From a virus (taxonomy: Duplodnaviria > Heunggongvirae > Uroviricota > Caudoviricetes): 64,000 nucleotides of DNA. Location: the IMG/VR virus record IMGVR_UViG_3300002835_005179, positions 1-64,000 of that record. One strand, written 5' to 3'. Both the position numbers and the translations under genes were made by a program. The notes beneath the pieces are model-generated. The model ran no database searches and was not told where the DNA came from. It was given only the letters and a program-made list of their open reading frames with translations. How positions within the stretch are numbered: the stretch's first letter is position 1; each line of letters opens with the position of its first letter. Positions 27,942-37,829 of this stretch are shown here, piece by piece.

Positions 27942-29990
27942 ATGAAAAATTTTTCACAAATACGAAACGAAATCAATATCCAAAATAAATCTTTATTGAC
28001 TGAAGAATCACAGTTATTCGGATTAGATGAAACACATTTAATTGAGTCGATAGATATTCTATCTAAGAATTTAATTCTAGCTTCTCTGATTACAGAACAG
28101 ATTTCTGATTCAGAAATTAAAGAGATTGTCGATTCAATTCCACTAGATGTAGATAAATTAGAAGATTATATGATTCAAACCAAGAACAATATTGTAATTG
28201 TTAATTGGGATGGATCAAAAGCTTCTGTAGAAGTAGACGGAAAGGAAATTGATATTCCTGGTGTTGTAAATAATCCTGAAGCTCTGCGTGGTGCTGTTGA
28301 AGGAATTCTTCAAGATTATCCTATGTCTGAAGAAGTTACACAAGATGATTTGGCAGATGTTCTATATAATATTCCAACAGATACAAAAGAGTTAATTGGT
28401 AAAGAATTTGATATAAATGGCGATAAGTTATCTGTAGACTGGAATTCGGAAACAGGATCTGTAAAAGTTTCTTTGAATGGAAAATCTATTGATATTAATG
28501 ATAAAGCTTATGATTTGGATACATTGGCACAAGCAATTATGAAGGCTGTTGGATCAGATTCTAAAGAAAAAGAAGAACCAAAGAAAGATGATAAGCCTGT
28601 AACTGATCCTGAAACGAAGAAGAAACTGGCAGTACTTAATACAATAATCAAACCAAGATTAATTTACAAATATGCAAATACAAGTACAGATAGAAATAGA
28701 GTAATTGCAGCTCTAACTGATTATATTAAAACTGGTTCAGATGAATCAAAGACAACTGCCGATTTAGATCAAAGAGCTCTAGTTGATCTCTTATTCGATT
28801 TAGTTGATGTATTAGTTACAAATAGAAATCTAGCAACTCTAGTTACAAAGAATGCAACAGCTGCTTCAGTTTCTGAATCTGTTATTCTTGAAGCAAAGAA
28901 GAAATCAAAGAAGAAGCCGCCTACAGAAGAAGGTGTCGATGTTAAGTTAGATATGCTTTTGAAACTTGGTCTTGTTGATCAGAAGTTGTATAATAGAGCA
29001 AAGAAAGCTCTTTCAAATAAGAAAGCAGCTGGAACAGTTCCTTATTTAAGAAATCTTCTATTTGATTTATTGGATAGATTAATTTCTTATATCAAGAAAG
29101 ATCCTACTCTATATAATAGAATTAGAATCAACGTCATGAAAGAAATGAAAGGAATTCTTCCAACAAAGAAAGATCTTGATGAAGCATCATGTGCTGGAAA
29201 GAAAGCTGCCGAAGAAGGTAAGGGAAAAGAAGTCCCTGAATCATATTCAAGACACTACTTCACAAAAGAAGCTTGGTTAGAAGGTTTCGATTCTTGGGAT
29301 GGAACTATAACTAATATTAATTCGGAAGAGGAAGAAATGAAAACATTCAAAGAATTTAATGAAACATTCAAAGAAGAACAAGAAACAAATGAATCGGTAA
29401 AGTTATCTGAATTAAATGTTATTAATGATGTTATAAATGGATTGGAGATCTTATCAACAACTCCTTTTGCAAATCTAGAAGAAGCTGAGAGCGAAATTAA
29501 ATCTCTATTAGGAACTATCGGTTTGTCATTTGATAATCTTGAAGATGGCGAGATTCCTTTAGATTCAATTGACGGCGAAAATGCAGTTCTTTCTGTATTT
29601 TCTGCAGACGAAACGGTAGAAGATGAATTGGAAGGAGATATGGTTTTAAAATGTTCCATTTCTGAAGGAGAATCTGGTGTAACAGTTTCTGCTGAAATTA
29701 TGGTTTACTTCGAAGATGGAGAAGCAGTTGCATTGACTGACGTTGAATTTGAAGTAGAGAAAGAAGATGGCGAGGAAGCCGAAGACGAAATGGAAGATAA
29801 TCTAGAAGAAGAATTTGAAACTGGTAAAGTCTTTAACGTCATCTTATTCAAGCCAACCACAAGAAGATTCTTATCTTCAATTATCCACGCAAACTCAGTA
29901 GAAGAAGTTGAGAAGATTGTTTCAGAAGAAATGCCTTTGTATGTAGTTCACTCAATTAATCCTATTGAAGTAACAGATACAACTAAATAA
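27942..29990 (+). CDS. hypothetical large acidic protein
   Basis: 682 aa with a very acidic C-terminus. N-terminus MKNFSQIRNE. Confidence 0.45.
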   Translation: MKNFSQIRNEINIQNKSLLTEESQLFGLDETHLIESIDILSKNLILASLITEQISDSEIKEIVDSIPLDVDKLEDYMIQTKNNIVIVNWDGSKASVEVDGKEIDIPGVVNNPEALRGAVEGILQDYPMSEEVTQDDLADVLYNIPTDTKELIGKEFDINGDKLSVDWNSETGSVKVSLNGKSIDINDKAYDLDTLAQAIMKAVGSDSKEKEEPKKDDKPVTDPETKKKLAVLNTIIKPRLIYKYANTSTDRNRVIAALTDYIKTGSDESKTTADLDQRALVDLLFDLVDVLVTNRNLATLVTKNATAASVSESVILEAKKKSKKKPPTEEGVDVKLDMLLKLGLVDQKLYNRAKKALSNKKAAGTVPYLRNLLFDLLDRLISYIKKDPTLYNRIRINVMKEMKGILPTKKDLDEASCAGKKAAEEGKGKEVPESYSRHYFTKEAWLEGFDSWDGTITNINSEEEEMKTFKEFNETFKEEQETNESVKLSELNVINDVINGLEILSTTPFANLEEAESEIKSLLGTIGLSFDNLEDGEIPLDSIDGENAVLSVFSADETVEDELEGDMVLKCSISEGESGVTVSAEIMVYFEDGEAVALTDVEFEVEKEDGEEAEDEMEDNLEEEFETGKVFNVILFKPTTRRFLSSIIHANSVEEVEKIVSEEMPLYVVHSINPIEVTDTTK

Positions 29991-29999
29991 GGGAATAAC

Positions 30000-30287
30000 A
30001 TGAATTCATTTACTAAAGCATATATGGAAGTCCTCAACGAAGGTACCTTCTTGATGGGACAAGATACAACTCTTGCAGATATCTTAAAGGAAACTAAGTT
30101 TGAAGATTTTTCTAAATCAGATTTTGATGCATTTGCTGGTGTGGAAACAGATAATCCTGTTATAGGAACATATAAAGATTATCAGATAATCATAGATGGT
30201 AATGACATTATATTGATATCTGATAATGAAGAATCAGCTGGTTTTTCTCAAAAGATCTTTTCGTTGAAGTTACAATCAACCATTTAA
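30000..30287 (+). CDS. small protein with CTS-like N-terminus
   Basis: MNSFTKAYMEVLNEG resembles the N-termini of ORFs 7676 and 13070. Confidence 0.4.
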   Translation: MNSFTKAYMEVLNEGTFLMGQDTTLADILKETKFEDFSKSDFDAFAGVETDNPVIGTYKDYQIIIDGNDIILISDNEESAGFSQKIFSLKLQSTI

Positions 30288-30676
30288 TGATTCTAAATTT
30301 AACAAAAGACAATATTAAATTATATGCAGCCAGTGTTTACCAAAATCCTGGCTGCGCTTCGTCTTTAGAATTTGAAGAGGATTATCTTCGAATCAAATAT
30401 CTGAAGACGATTTTATATAAATATCTAAATAACAAGAGTATAAATATTCGTATTTTGTTAAATCATATTATTTGTATACAGAATGTTTTTCCTGGAGAAG
30501 CAACTGCTAAGATCTTATTCGTTGTGTTTTCTGAATCTTCGTGGAATGCATTAGCAACAATCTTGATCTATTTGTCTTTGATGCCTCCAGAAATTAGAGG
30601 AATAACGGGAAAAACGATTACTCTATCATCAATATCTATAGACAATAATCTATTAGAAAAATTAAAGGAACTATGA
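30287..30676 (+). CDS. hypothetical protein
   Basis: 129-aa ORF, translationally coupled to the upstream ORF (TAATG). Confidence 0.35.
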   Translation: MILNLTKDNIKLYAASVYQNPGCASSLEFEEDYLRIKYLKTILYKYLNNKSINIRILLNHIICIQNVFPGEATAKILFVVFSESSWNALATILIYLSLMPPEIRGITGKTITLSSISIDNNLLEKLKEL

Positions 30677-31584
30677 TGTTACTAGAAGGCGTTTACGGAA
30701 GTTTCAAATTAACTGAAGATTCAGCAAATAAGTTAACTGAATGGATAAAAGATAACAATGTTATAGAACCTGTTGAAGATGAAGATTTACATATCACAAC
30801 AACATACTCAAAGGTAGATCCGAAACAAGAAATAACTCCTTCCGAAAAGAACAATATCAGATTAGATCATAAAGAATTTTCTATAGCAACATATGGTCGG
30901 GCTTTGGTTATTGAAGTGGAATCGAAAGATCTCGAAACAATTCATAAATCAGCAATAGATTCTGGCGCTTCTTATGATTACGAAACTTATAAACCGCACA
31001 TAACCATTTCTTATAATGCAGAAGCAAACGAAAACATAATTCCTCTTCTATTTCCTCCAGATTTTGATATCGTTCTTTCTCATGAAGAAGTAGAACCTCT
31101 AAATTATAATTTTTGGGGTTGGATTAAGCCTGATGGTTCTCTTCTTCTTCCAACAGAAAAGATGAGGTACTCTTATAATGAGTATTCACACATAGATGTA
31201 TTAAAAAAACAACAAAAATCAATTTCTAGTTATGACGCAGCATATAAATTGAATTATATTCGTTTCTATGTAGAAACGGCATTAGATCGCCTTGTTTTTG
31301 ATTGTCCAAACACAGTTCCTGCTTCTATTGTTGAAAAAGGATACAAGAATATTCTATATTATGTCAGAACTAAACAATTCAAATTTTATATAAAAAAGAA
31401 AAAAGGTCGTAACGAAACTCATGATTTTGAAACAATTGATAGTGGCAATTCTTTACAAGAATTGCTTGCCAAATTGGTGAAGCTGCAGGAATCAGATGCA
31501 CCCGCCAATTCAACAGCAAATATTGCTACTTATGCAAAACCAATGACATTTAAGATGTTTAAAAGAAAAATGGATTTGAAATAG
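30673..31584 (+). CDS. hypothetical protein
   Basis: 303-aa ORF. Confidence 0.45.
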   Translation: MMLLEGVYGSFKLTEDSANKLTEWIKDNNVIEPVEDEDLHITTTYSKVDPKQEITPSEKNNIRLDHKEFSIATYGRALVIEVESKDLETIHKSAIDSGASYDYETYKPHITISYNAEANENIIPLLFPPDFDIVLSHEEVEPLNYNFWGWIKPDGSLLLPTEKMRYSYNEYSHIDVLKKQQKSISSYDAAYKLNYIRFYVETALDRLVFDCPNTVPASIVEKGYKNILYYVRTKQFKFYIKKKKGRNETHDFETIDSGNSLQELLAKLVKLQESDAPANSTANIATYAKPMTFKMFKRKMDLK

Positions 31585-31591
31585 GTGTTTT

Positions 31592-31966
31592 ATGGACAAG
31601 GGTTTAGAACAAATGGAAAAAGACGTCCAAGAAATTAAAGTTCAAGTAGAACTTGTCAAGAAAGACATTCAACAATTCCAAAAAGTAGTGGATAAACTAG
31701 ACACAACAAACGATAAAATTCAAGAGTTGATTAATAACATAACAACCATCACAACACAACATCAACAAAAAATAGTTGACTCGGAAACGAATTCTAAGTA
31801 TATCTGGGAAGAAATTGCTGATGTTAAAAAACAAATTGCTTCCGAGAAAAAAACTATAGAAGAAAGATTAACTGATTTAGAAAAATCAAAGTGGATGTTA
31901 ATTGGTGGTGTATCTTTCTTAACTCTATTGATGAATATTGTTTCTACTTTTGTAAAGAGTAATTAA
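31592..31966 (+). CDS. coiled-coil protein with C-terminal transmembrane anchor
   Basis: 124 aa. Heptad-rich N-terminus and a WMLIGGVSFLTLLMNIVSTFV C-terminal helix. Confidence 0.45.
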   Translation: MDKGLEQMEKDVQEIKVQVELVKKDIQQFQKVVDKLDTTNDKIQELINNITTITTQHQQKIVDSETNSKYIWEEIADVKKQIASEKKTIEERLTDLEKSKWMLIGGVSFLTLLMNIVSTFVKSN

Positions 31967-33286
31967 ATGAAATCCTTCAAACAATTTCTTATTGAAAACG
32001 AATTATCTATTGGTAAATGGGAAATTATTGCCTCAACTGAAAGAAGAAGAAAGTATGCTGAAAATCTATTCGATCTAGTTCAAACAGCATATAAGGACAC
32101 ACCATATGGTTCATTTATTAAAACTGTAGATAATGTAATTAATGGTATTAAGAATGAAACAGATCCAACAAAACCACCGACAATTTCAGATTGGCAAGTA
32201 ATTAATCTAGACTCAGATCCATATGCAGAAGCCACAGTATTCTATAGAAAAAATAGATCAGATGAAACTTGGATTGGAAATAAGATACAAGGTATAGGAC
32301 ATGATGGAAGATATCATAATAGAATTAAATCATCTCAGTATGCTGTAGAAAAGATTGTTGAATTGATTAATGAAGAGGGTTGGTGGATAGAAGTTTCAGA
32401 TGCGTTGAAATACATTTTATTTAAAAGATATAATGGAAAATTTCCTGTTGTTTCTGATGTTGTGTTTTTGAGAAAATTATATAATGATCCAACTCTTGAA
32501 ATGATTGATGAAGTTACATACACTAGAGATATTGGTAGTGGAAGAATCCAGGAATCTACCCTGGGAAAACCTGTTCTTAAGATGAAAGAAGAATCTCTAG
32601 ATGAAGGTCTTTCGGATTGGTTGAGGAATATTGTGCTCGCTGCTGGTCTATTCGCTTCGGGGGAGCAGGGTGCAGAAGCAAAAAGAATAACAGTTTATCC
32701 TGATGGTAAGGCAATTTATACTGATACAGGAAAACCAGTAATCAATAAATTACCCAAACTACAATCTACAAAGAATATATTATTAAATGTCAAAGCAGAT
32801 ACTCCTGATGAAAGAAAGAAACTTTTGAATAAGATGGCGATTGCTTCTGGAATAAAAGGAAACGAGTTAGAACATTTTATTGCACAAGCTAGTCATGAAA
32901 CATTAGATTTCTCGAAGCTTGAAGAAATTGGTTCTAATAATAAATTTGAATTAAAATATGGTCCGAATTCTAGAATAGGAAAAAAATTAGGTAACGATAC
33001 CAAAGGTGATGGGGCGAAATTCAAAGGACGTGGTTTCTTACAATTAACAGGTAAGTATAATTATGAGAAGATTGGTAAGATATTAAATCTAGATCTTGTT
33101 TCTAATCCTAATATGATTTCTAAGTATCCTGGTGTTGCAGCTGCTACTGCTATTGCTTATTGGAAATGGAGAGTTAAACCTAATGTTAAATCTTTCGCAA
33201 CAAAAGATACAGTTTCGAAAGTTACTAAGCAAATCTCCGGATCTAGTAAAGAAAAACATATAGATAGAAGAAAACCAAAAAAGTAG
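31967..33286 (+). CDS. putative capsid-internal (ejected) protein with C-terminal GH19 lysozyme-like domain
   Basis: N-terminus MKSFKQFLIENE resembles T4 CTS MKTYQEFIAEA with LIE-N. The C-terminus FKGRGFLQLTGKYNYEKIG matches the GH19 catalytic-core signature also found in the endolysin at 51286-51918. Confidence 0.5.
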   Translation: MKSFKQFLIENELSIGKWEIIASTERRRKYAENLFDLVQTAYKDTPYGSFIKTVDNVINGIKNETDPTKPPTISDWQVINLDSDPYAEATVFYRKNRSDETWIGNKIQGIGHDGRYHNRIKSSQYAVEKIVELINEEGWWIEVSDALKYILFKRYNGKFPVVSDVVFLRKLYNDPTLEMIDEVTYTRDIGSGRIQESTLGKPVLKMKEESLDEGLSDWLRNIVLAAGLFASGEQGAEAKRITVYPDGKAIYTDTGKPVINKLPKLQSTKNILLNVKADTPDERKKLLNKMAIASGIKGNELEHFIAQASHETLDFSKLEEIGSNNKFELKYGPNSRIGKKLGNDTKGDGAKFKGRGFLQLTGKYNYEKIGKILNLDLVSNPNMISKYPGVAAATAIAYWKWRVKPNVKSFATKDTVSKVTKQISGSSKEKHIDRRKPKK

Positions 33287-33306
33287 TTTTATAGGAAATG
33301 GTAAGT

Positions 33307-33390
33307 ATGAAATCATTTAAATCGTTCGTAACGGAAAAGAAATTTGCAGATCTTAAACCAACAAAAGGTAAATGGGCAAACTTATCATAA
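33307..33390 (+). pseudogene. 28-codon remnant copying the N-terminus of the upstream gene (MKSFKSFVTE...GKW)
   Basis: MKSFKSFVTEKKFADLKPTKGKWANLS versus MKSFKQFLIENELSIGKWEII in ORF 31967. Confidence 0.35.
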
Positions 33391-33400
33391 GAATAAGTTA

Positions 33401-33429
33401 TTGCTTTCTTCAACTTAATAAGGTATAAT
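33401..33429 (+). promoter_or_regulatory. TTGCTT-N17-TATAAT promoter upstream of gp55
   Basis: TTGCTT (contains the TGCTT MotA-box core), a 17-nt spacer, then AATAAGGTATAAT identical to the blocks at 19662 and 41218. Confidence 0.5.
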
Positions 33430-33452
33430 ATAGTTATATCATATGATTCATA

Positions 33453-33998
33453 ATGAGGTTTATGTCAAAAGAATACGTCAACAATCAAGAGTTACTACAA
33501 GCACTAGTTAACTATAAACAGTCTGTTGCAGAAGCCGAAAACACTGGATTACCGAAACCCAGGGTTCCTGAATATATTGGAGAATGCATTCTTAAGATTA
33601 CCGAGAATATTGCTAAAAGACCGAATTTTTCAGGTTATACATTTAGAGAAGATATGATAGGTGATGCTGTCGAAAACTGTCTATTATATCTTCATAACTT
33701 TAATGAGGAAGCTTCACAAAATGCATTTGGTTATTTCTCTAAGATTATCTGGTACGCATTCTTAAGAAGAATTGAAAAAGAATCTACAGAAACTTATGTC
33801 AAATTCAAATCTCTTGAAGCTTCTCCTTTATTCACAGATCACAAGATGGAATCTAAAAAATTCGTTAATCTTAATAAGTCTGTTCTGAATGAAAACACAA
33901 TTCATATCATTGAAAAATATGAAGAAAAGATATTGAGAAGAAAGAAGATAAAGGTTCTCGATGAGAGTCTAACTAAATTAGAGGAGTTTATGGAATAA
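33453..33998 (+). CDS. gp55: late-transcription sigma factor
   Basis: YVNNQELLQAL, NFSGYT and LHNF match T4 gp55. 181 aa. Followed by 47 and 46 as in T4. Confidence 0.8.
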   Translation: MRFMSKEYVNNQELLQALVNYKQSVAEAENTGLPKPRVPEYIGECILKITENIAKRPNFSGYTFREDMIGDAVENCLLYLHNFNEEASQNAFGYFSKIIWYAFLRRIEKESTETYVKFKSLEASPLFTDHKMESKKFVNLNKSVLNENTIHIIEKYEEKILRRKKIKVLDESLTKLEEFME

Positions 33999-35056
33999 TG
34001 TTTGTAGCTCTTATCACCGACACACATTTCGGTATCAAAAATGATTCTCCTCTATTCTATGAATATTTCGATTTATTCTTAGATAATGTCTTCTTTCCGA
34101 CCATAGAACAAAAAGGAATAGACAAGATAATTCACTTGGGAGATTGTTTTGATAGAAGGAAATATGTAAATTTCAATACTCTAACATGGGCTAGATCTTC
34201 TTTCTTTGATAGAATTCAGGATATAGCCACAATGGATATTATCATTGGGAATCATGATACATATTTTAAGAATACGAATGATGTCAATTCTCCCAATCTA
34301 TTGCTTAGTGATTATGATAATATTCGCATATTTGATGATGTGTATGAAGAAGACAATTTAATATACGTTCCTTGGATTACAGAAGATAAAAAGAAAGACG
34401 TATTAGAAAAGATTTCGAAATCTTCTGCTAACATTCTTCTTGGTCATCTTGAAGTAAAAGGATATACTATGTTCAAGGGCGCAATCTGCGATCATGGTTT
34501 GTCTTCTGATATTTTCTACAATTATGATCTAGTTCTTTCAGGACATTTTCATTCTAAGAACGATTCGTCAAATATCTATTATCTTGGATGTCCTTGGGAT
34601 TTGATGTTTAATGACGTCGATGATGTTAAAGGTTTCCATATCTTAGATACAGAAACAGCTGAATTGACTTTCATTGAGAACCCATATAAATTATTTAATA
34701 AATTATATTATGATGATTCTTCTGCAAAGAAGGTTCAAGATGTTCTTTATTCTGATAAAAAATACAATTCATTAACAAAGACTTTCATTAAAGTTTATAT
34801 TAAAGCTAAAACAAACCCAGTATTTTTCGATAGATTTTGTGATCGATTAACAGAATCGAATCCTTATTCTGTAGTTTATGCTGAACAATATCTAGACATT
34901 GAAGATTCAGAAGAAGTCGCTTCACTATCAGAAGATACTCTTTCTCTTCTAAAATCTTCTATCGAAGATTATGTAGATTTAATACCTGATGATAGTAAAA
35001 TGCGAGAATTAGAAACATTATTATCAGATTTATATACCGAGGCAATAAAATCATGA
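33998..35056 (+). CDS. gp47: recombination endonuclease subunit (Mre11/SbcD-like)
   Basis: Metallophosphatase motifs DTHFG, GDCFD and GNHD. 352 aa. Confidence 0.8.
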   Translation: MFVALITDTHFGIKNDSPLFYEYFDLFLDNVFFPTIEQKGIDKIIHLGDCFDRRKYVNFNTLTWARSSFFDRIQDIATMDIIIGNHDTYFKNTNDVNSPNLLLSDYDNIRIFDDVYEEDNLIYVPWITEDKKKDVLEKISKSSANILLGHLEVKGYTMFKGAICDHGLSSDIFYNYDLVLSGHFHSKNDSSNIYYLGCPWDLMFNDVDDVKGFHILDTETAELTFIENPYKLFNKLYYDDSSAKKVQDVLYSDKKYNSLTKTFIKVYIKAKTNPVFFDRFCDRLTESNPYSVVYAEQYLDIEDSEEVASLSEDTLSLLKSSIEDYVDLIPDDSKMRELETLLSDLYTEAIKS

Positions 35057-36774
35057 TTATATTTGAAAAAATGAAATATAAAAATATTCTTTCAACCGGA
35101 AATAAATTTAATGAAATAATATTCAATGGTGTGAAAACAAATCTCTGCATCGGAAAAAATGGTGAAGGAAAATCAACTTTTCTTGACGCATTAACTTTCG
35201 TTCTATACGGTAAACCTTTCAGAAAAATCAACAAACCACAACTAATTAATTCTACAAATAACTCAGATTTACTTGTTGAAATTAACTTTAAAATCAATAA
35301 AGATTCATACCTAATACGTCGTGGTATGAAACCAAATATTTTCGAAATCTTTACAAATAACAAGTTAATAGATCAGAATGCAATCTCAAGAGATTATCAA
35401 GAATTACTGGAAAATCATATCTTGAAGATGAATTATAAAACATTCACTCAGATTGTCGTTATTGGAAACGCAACTTACATGCCATTTATGAAGTTGAATC
35501 CAGTAGATAGAAGAAATATCGTTGAAAATCTTTTGGATATTGATATCTTCTCTAAGATGAATTCTCTTCTTAAAACAAAAGTGTCTAAGACAAAAGAAGA
35601 AATAAATGGAACTTCTTATAAACTAGATCTATCTAAAGAAAAGATGAAGATACATAAGAATCTAATTTCGAATTCAACATCAGATATTGACAAATCAATC
35701 ACAGATATCGATGCTGAAATGAGACGAAATGAATTGCAAGTAATTGCAAAAGAATTGGCTATAGATAAATTGAATAAAGAGATTCAAGAGATCATTGTTA
35801 ATGATTCAAAAATCAGTACCCTTACTTCTAAGATATCCAATCTTACACATTATTCTGTAACTTTTAAAGAAAAGATGAAGAATCTGTCGAAAGAAATTAA
35901 ATTCTTCAATACAAATGATTCTTGTCCAACTTGTACACAATCTATTCCAGAAGAATTTAAATCAACTACATTATCATCTAAAGAAAAAGAATTAACCAAA
36001 TATAATGATGCCATATCGTCCTGTAATTCTGAGATTAATAGTATATCTATCGAGATAGAAGAAATTAACAAAAATATAGAAGAGATTAAAGAAAGAAAGA
36101 CAGAAATAACAAAGAGACAATTTGAAATTGATTCTATTACACAATATATCGGTAAGTTATCAAAACAGATTAATGATTTAAGAGTTAAGAAGATTGAAGA
36201 TGTAAAGAAGATCGAAGAAGAAAAGACAATCTTAGAACAGGAATTGGAAACTCTGAATGAAGAACGTGATACTCTTCTAAATCAACAACACCTACAATCC
36301 ATTGCAGCAATTCTTTTGAAAGATGATGGAATCAAAACGAAAATTATTCGTCATTATCTTCCAGTAATGAATAAGATTATCAACAAGTATCTACAATTAA
36401 TGGACTTCTATGTCAACTTTTCACTTGATGAAAACTTCGATGAAGTCATCAAGAATAAATCAAAAGAGAATTTTACTTATCATTCCTTCTCTGAAGGCGA
36501 GAAATTAAGAATCGATCTTGCTATCCTTTTTACTTGGAGAGAAATTTCAAAGATGAAGAATGCTGCAAATACTAATTTGTTGATTCTTGATGAAATTCTT
36601 GATTCATCATTGGATGCTCTGGGTATTGATGATTTCTTGAAAATCTTATCTTCTAGTAAAGAACAAACTAATACCTTTGTTATTTCGCATAGAAGTGATG
36701 GAATTCAAGATAAATTTGAGAGAATCTATAGATTCTCTAAGGTAAATGGTTTCACTAAGATATCTATAGATTAA
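35053..36774 (+). CDS. gp46: recombination endonuclease ATPase subunit (Rad50/SbcC-like)
   Basis: Walker A GKNGEGKST, long coiled coil with a CPTC zinc hook, and C-terminal signature/Walker B LLILDE. Confidence 0.85.
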   Translation: MIIFEKMKYKNILSTGNKFNEIIFNGVKTNLCIGKNGEGKSTFLDALTFVLYGKPFRKINKPQLINSTNNSDLLVEINFKINKDSYLIRRGMKPNIFEIFTNNKLIDQNAISRDYQELLENHILKMNYKTFTQIVVIGNATYMPFMKLNPVDRRNIVENLLDIDIFSKMNSLLKTKVSKTKEEINGTSYKLDLSKEKMKIHKNLISNSTSDIDKSITDIDAEMRRNELQVIAKELAIDKLNKEIQEIIVNDSKISTLTSKISNLTHYSVTFKEKMKNLSKEIKFFNTNDSCPTCTQSIPEEFKSTTLSSKEKELTKYNDAISSCNSEINSISIEIEEINKNIEEIKERKTEITKRQFEIDSITQYIGKLSKQINDLRVKKIEDVKKIEEEKTILEQELETLNEERDTLLNQQHLQSIAAILLKDDGIKTKIIRHYLPVMNKIINKYLQLMDFYVNFSLDENFDEVIKNKSKENFTYHSFSEGEKLRIDLAILFTWREISKMKNAANTNLLILDEILDSSLDALGIDDFLKILSSSKEQTNTFVISHRSDGIQDKFERIYRFSKVNGFTKISID

Positions 36775-37793
36775 ATATTCATAGATATATTATATTTTTT
36801 CATTTTGTTGGTTTTGGTTTTTTCGAAGAGTAAATCTTCCTGATCTTCTACTATCTTTATAAGAACAACATCTCCGGATTGTAATCGTTCGTCAGAAAGA
36901 ACGCAAGATAACGGGATTTCAATTTTGCTAGAAATAACTCTCTTCAAATTTCTTGCACCATATTCTTCGGAAAAACCTTTTTCTATCAACCAGTCTTTTG
37001 TCTTATCTTCCATAACAAAAAAGATTTTCTTTAGATTCATCTTAGACGATAATATTCTATATTGGATATCAGATAACTGTAGTTCCAGAATCTTTTTCAT
37101 ATGTTCTGGTGTTAATGTTTCGAATTTAATTGTCACATCAATTCTATTCAAGAATTCTGGTCTAAATTTTGATCTCATCGATTTATCTAGTAGAGACAAT
37201 TCTTCTTCTTCGTCGACCTCTTTGTTAACAAATCCTATCGTTTTAGATCTTTGCACATACTCCTCAACACCAATATTTGATGTGAATATAATGAAACAAT
37301 TTCTGAAATTCACAGAATCATTATTTCCCAATCTAATTTCTCCCTTATCTAATATAGAAAGAAGTAGATTAAATAGAGAATCTGTAGCTTTCTCAATCTC
37401 ATCGAATAGAATGACATTCGGAACAACTCCTTCTACATCTTTTTTGTTGAAGAATGCTTTGGTTTCCGAGTGTCCTATATAACCAGGAGGAGCTCCAATT
37501 AATTTGGCAAGCTCATGAGATTGTTGATACTCACCACAATTTACTTTAAGAAACCTATCAACACCAAAAAACTTAGCCAATTCTTCTGCTACTTTCGTTT
37601 TCCCGCAACCAGTTTTACCAGCAAAGAAGAAAGAAGATATAGGTCGAGTTGGATCAGATAAACCATTATAGAACTTTTGTGTAGATATCGCCAATTCTCT
37701 TATGGCTTTTTCTTGACCAACAACAACATTATTCAATTTATCTTCTAATTCTTTTGCTGGTCCAGACAGATTTCTAGAGTTTAAGATCATCAT
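36771..37793 (-). CDS. ClpA/ClpB D2-type AAA+ unfoldase (single AAA module) with IGF ClpP-docking loop
   Basis: VVGQEKAIRELAIST...FFFAGKTGCGKT (Walker A), NVILFDEIEKA...SVNFRNCFIIFTSNIG (Walker B/sensor 1), then KTIGFVNKE in the position of the ClpA IGL loop. Confidence 0.8.
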   Translation of the reverse strand: MMILNSRNLSGPAKELEDKLNNVVVGQEKAIRELAISTQKFYNGLSDPTRPISSFFFAGKTGCGKTKVAEELAKFFGVDRFLKVNCGEYQQSHELAKLIGAPPGYIGHSETKAFFNKKDVEGVVPNVILFDEIEKATDSLFNLLLSILDKGEIRLGNNDSVNFRNCFIIFTSNIGVEEYVQRSKTIGFVNKEVDEEEELSLLDKSMRSKFRPEFLNRIDVTIKFETLTPEHMKKILELQLSDIQYRILSSKMNLKKIFFVMEDKTKDWLIEKGFSEEYGARNLKRVISSKIEIPLSCVLSDERLQSGDVVLIKIVEDQEDLLFEKTKTNKMKKYNISMNI

Positions 37794-37829
37794 GATCCTC
37801 CTGAAACTATTTATTGGTATATGTGAAAA

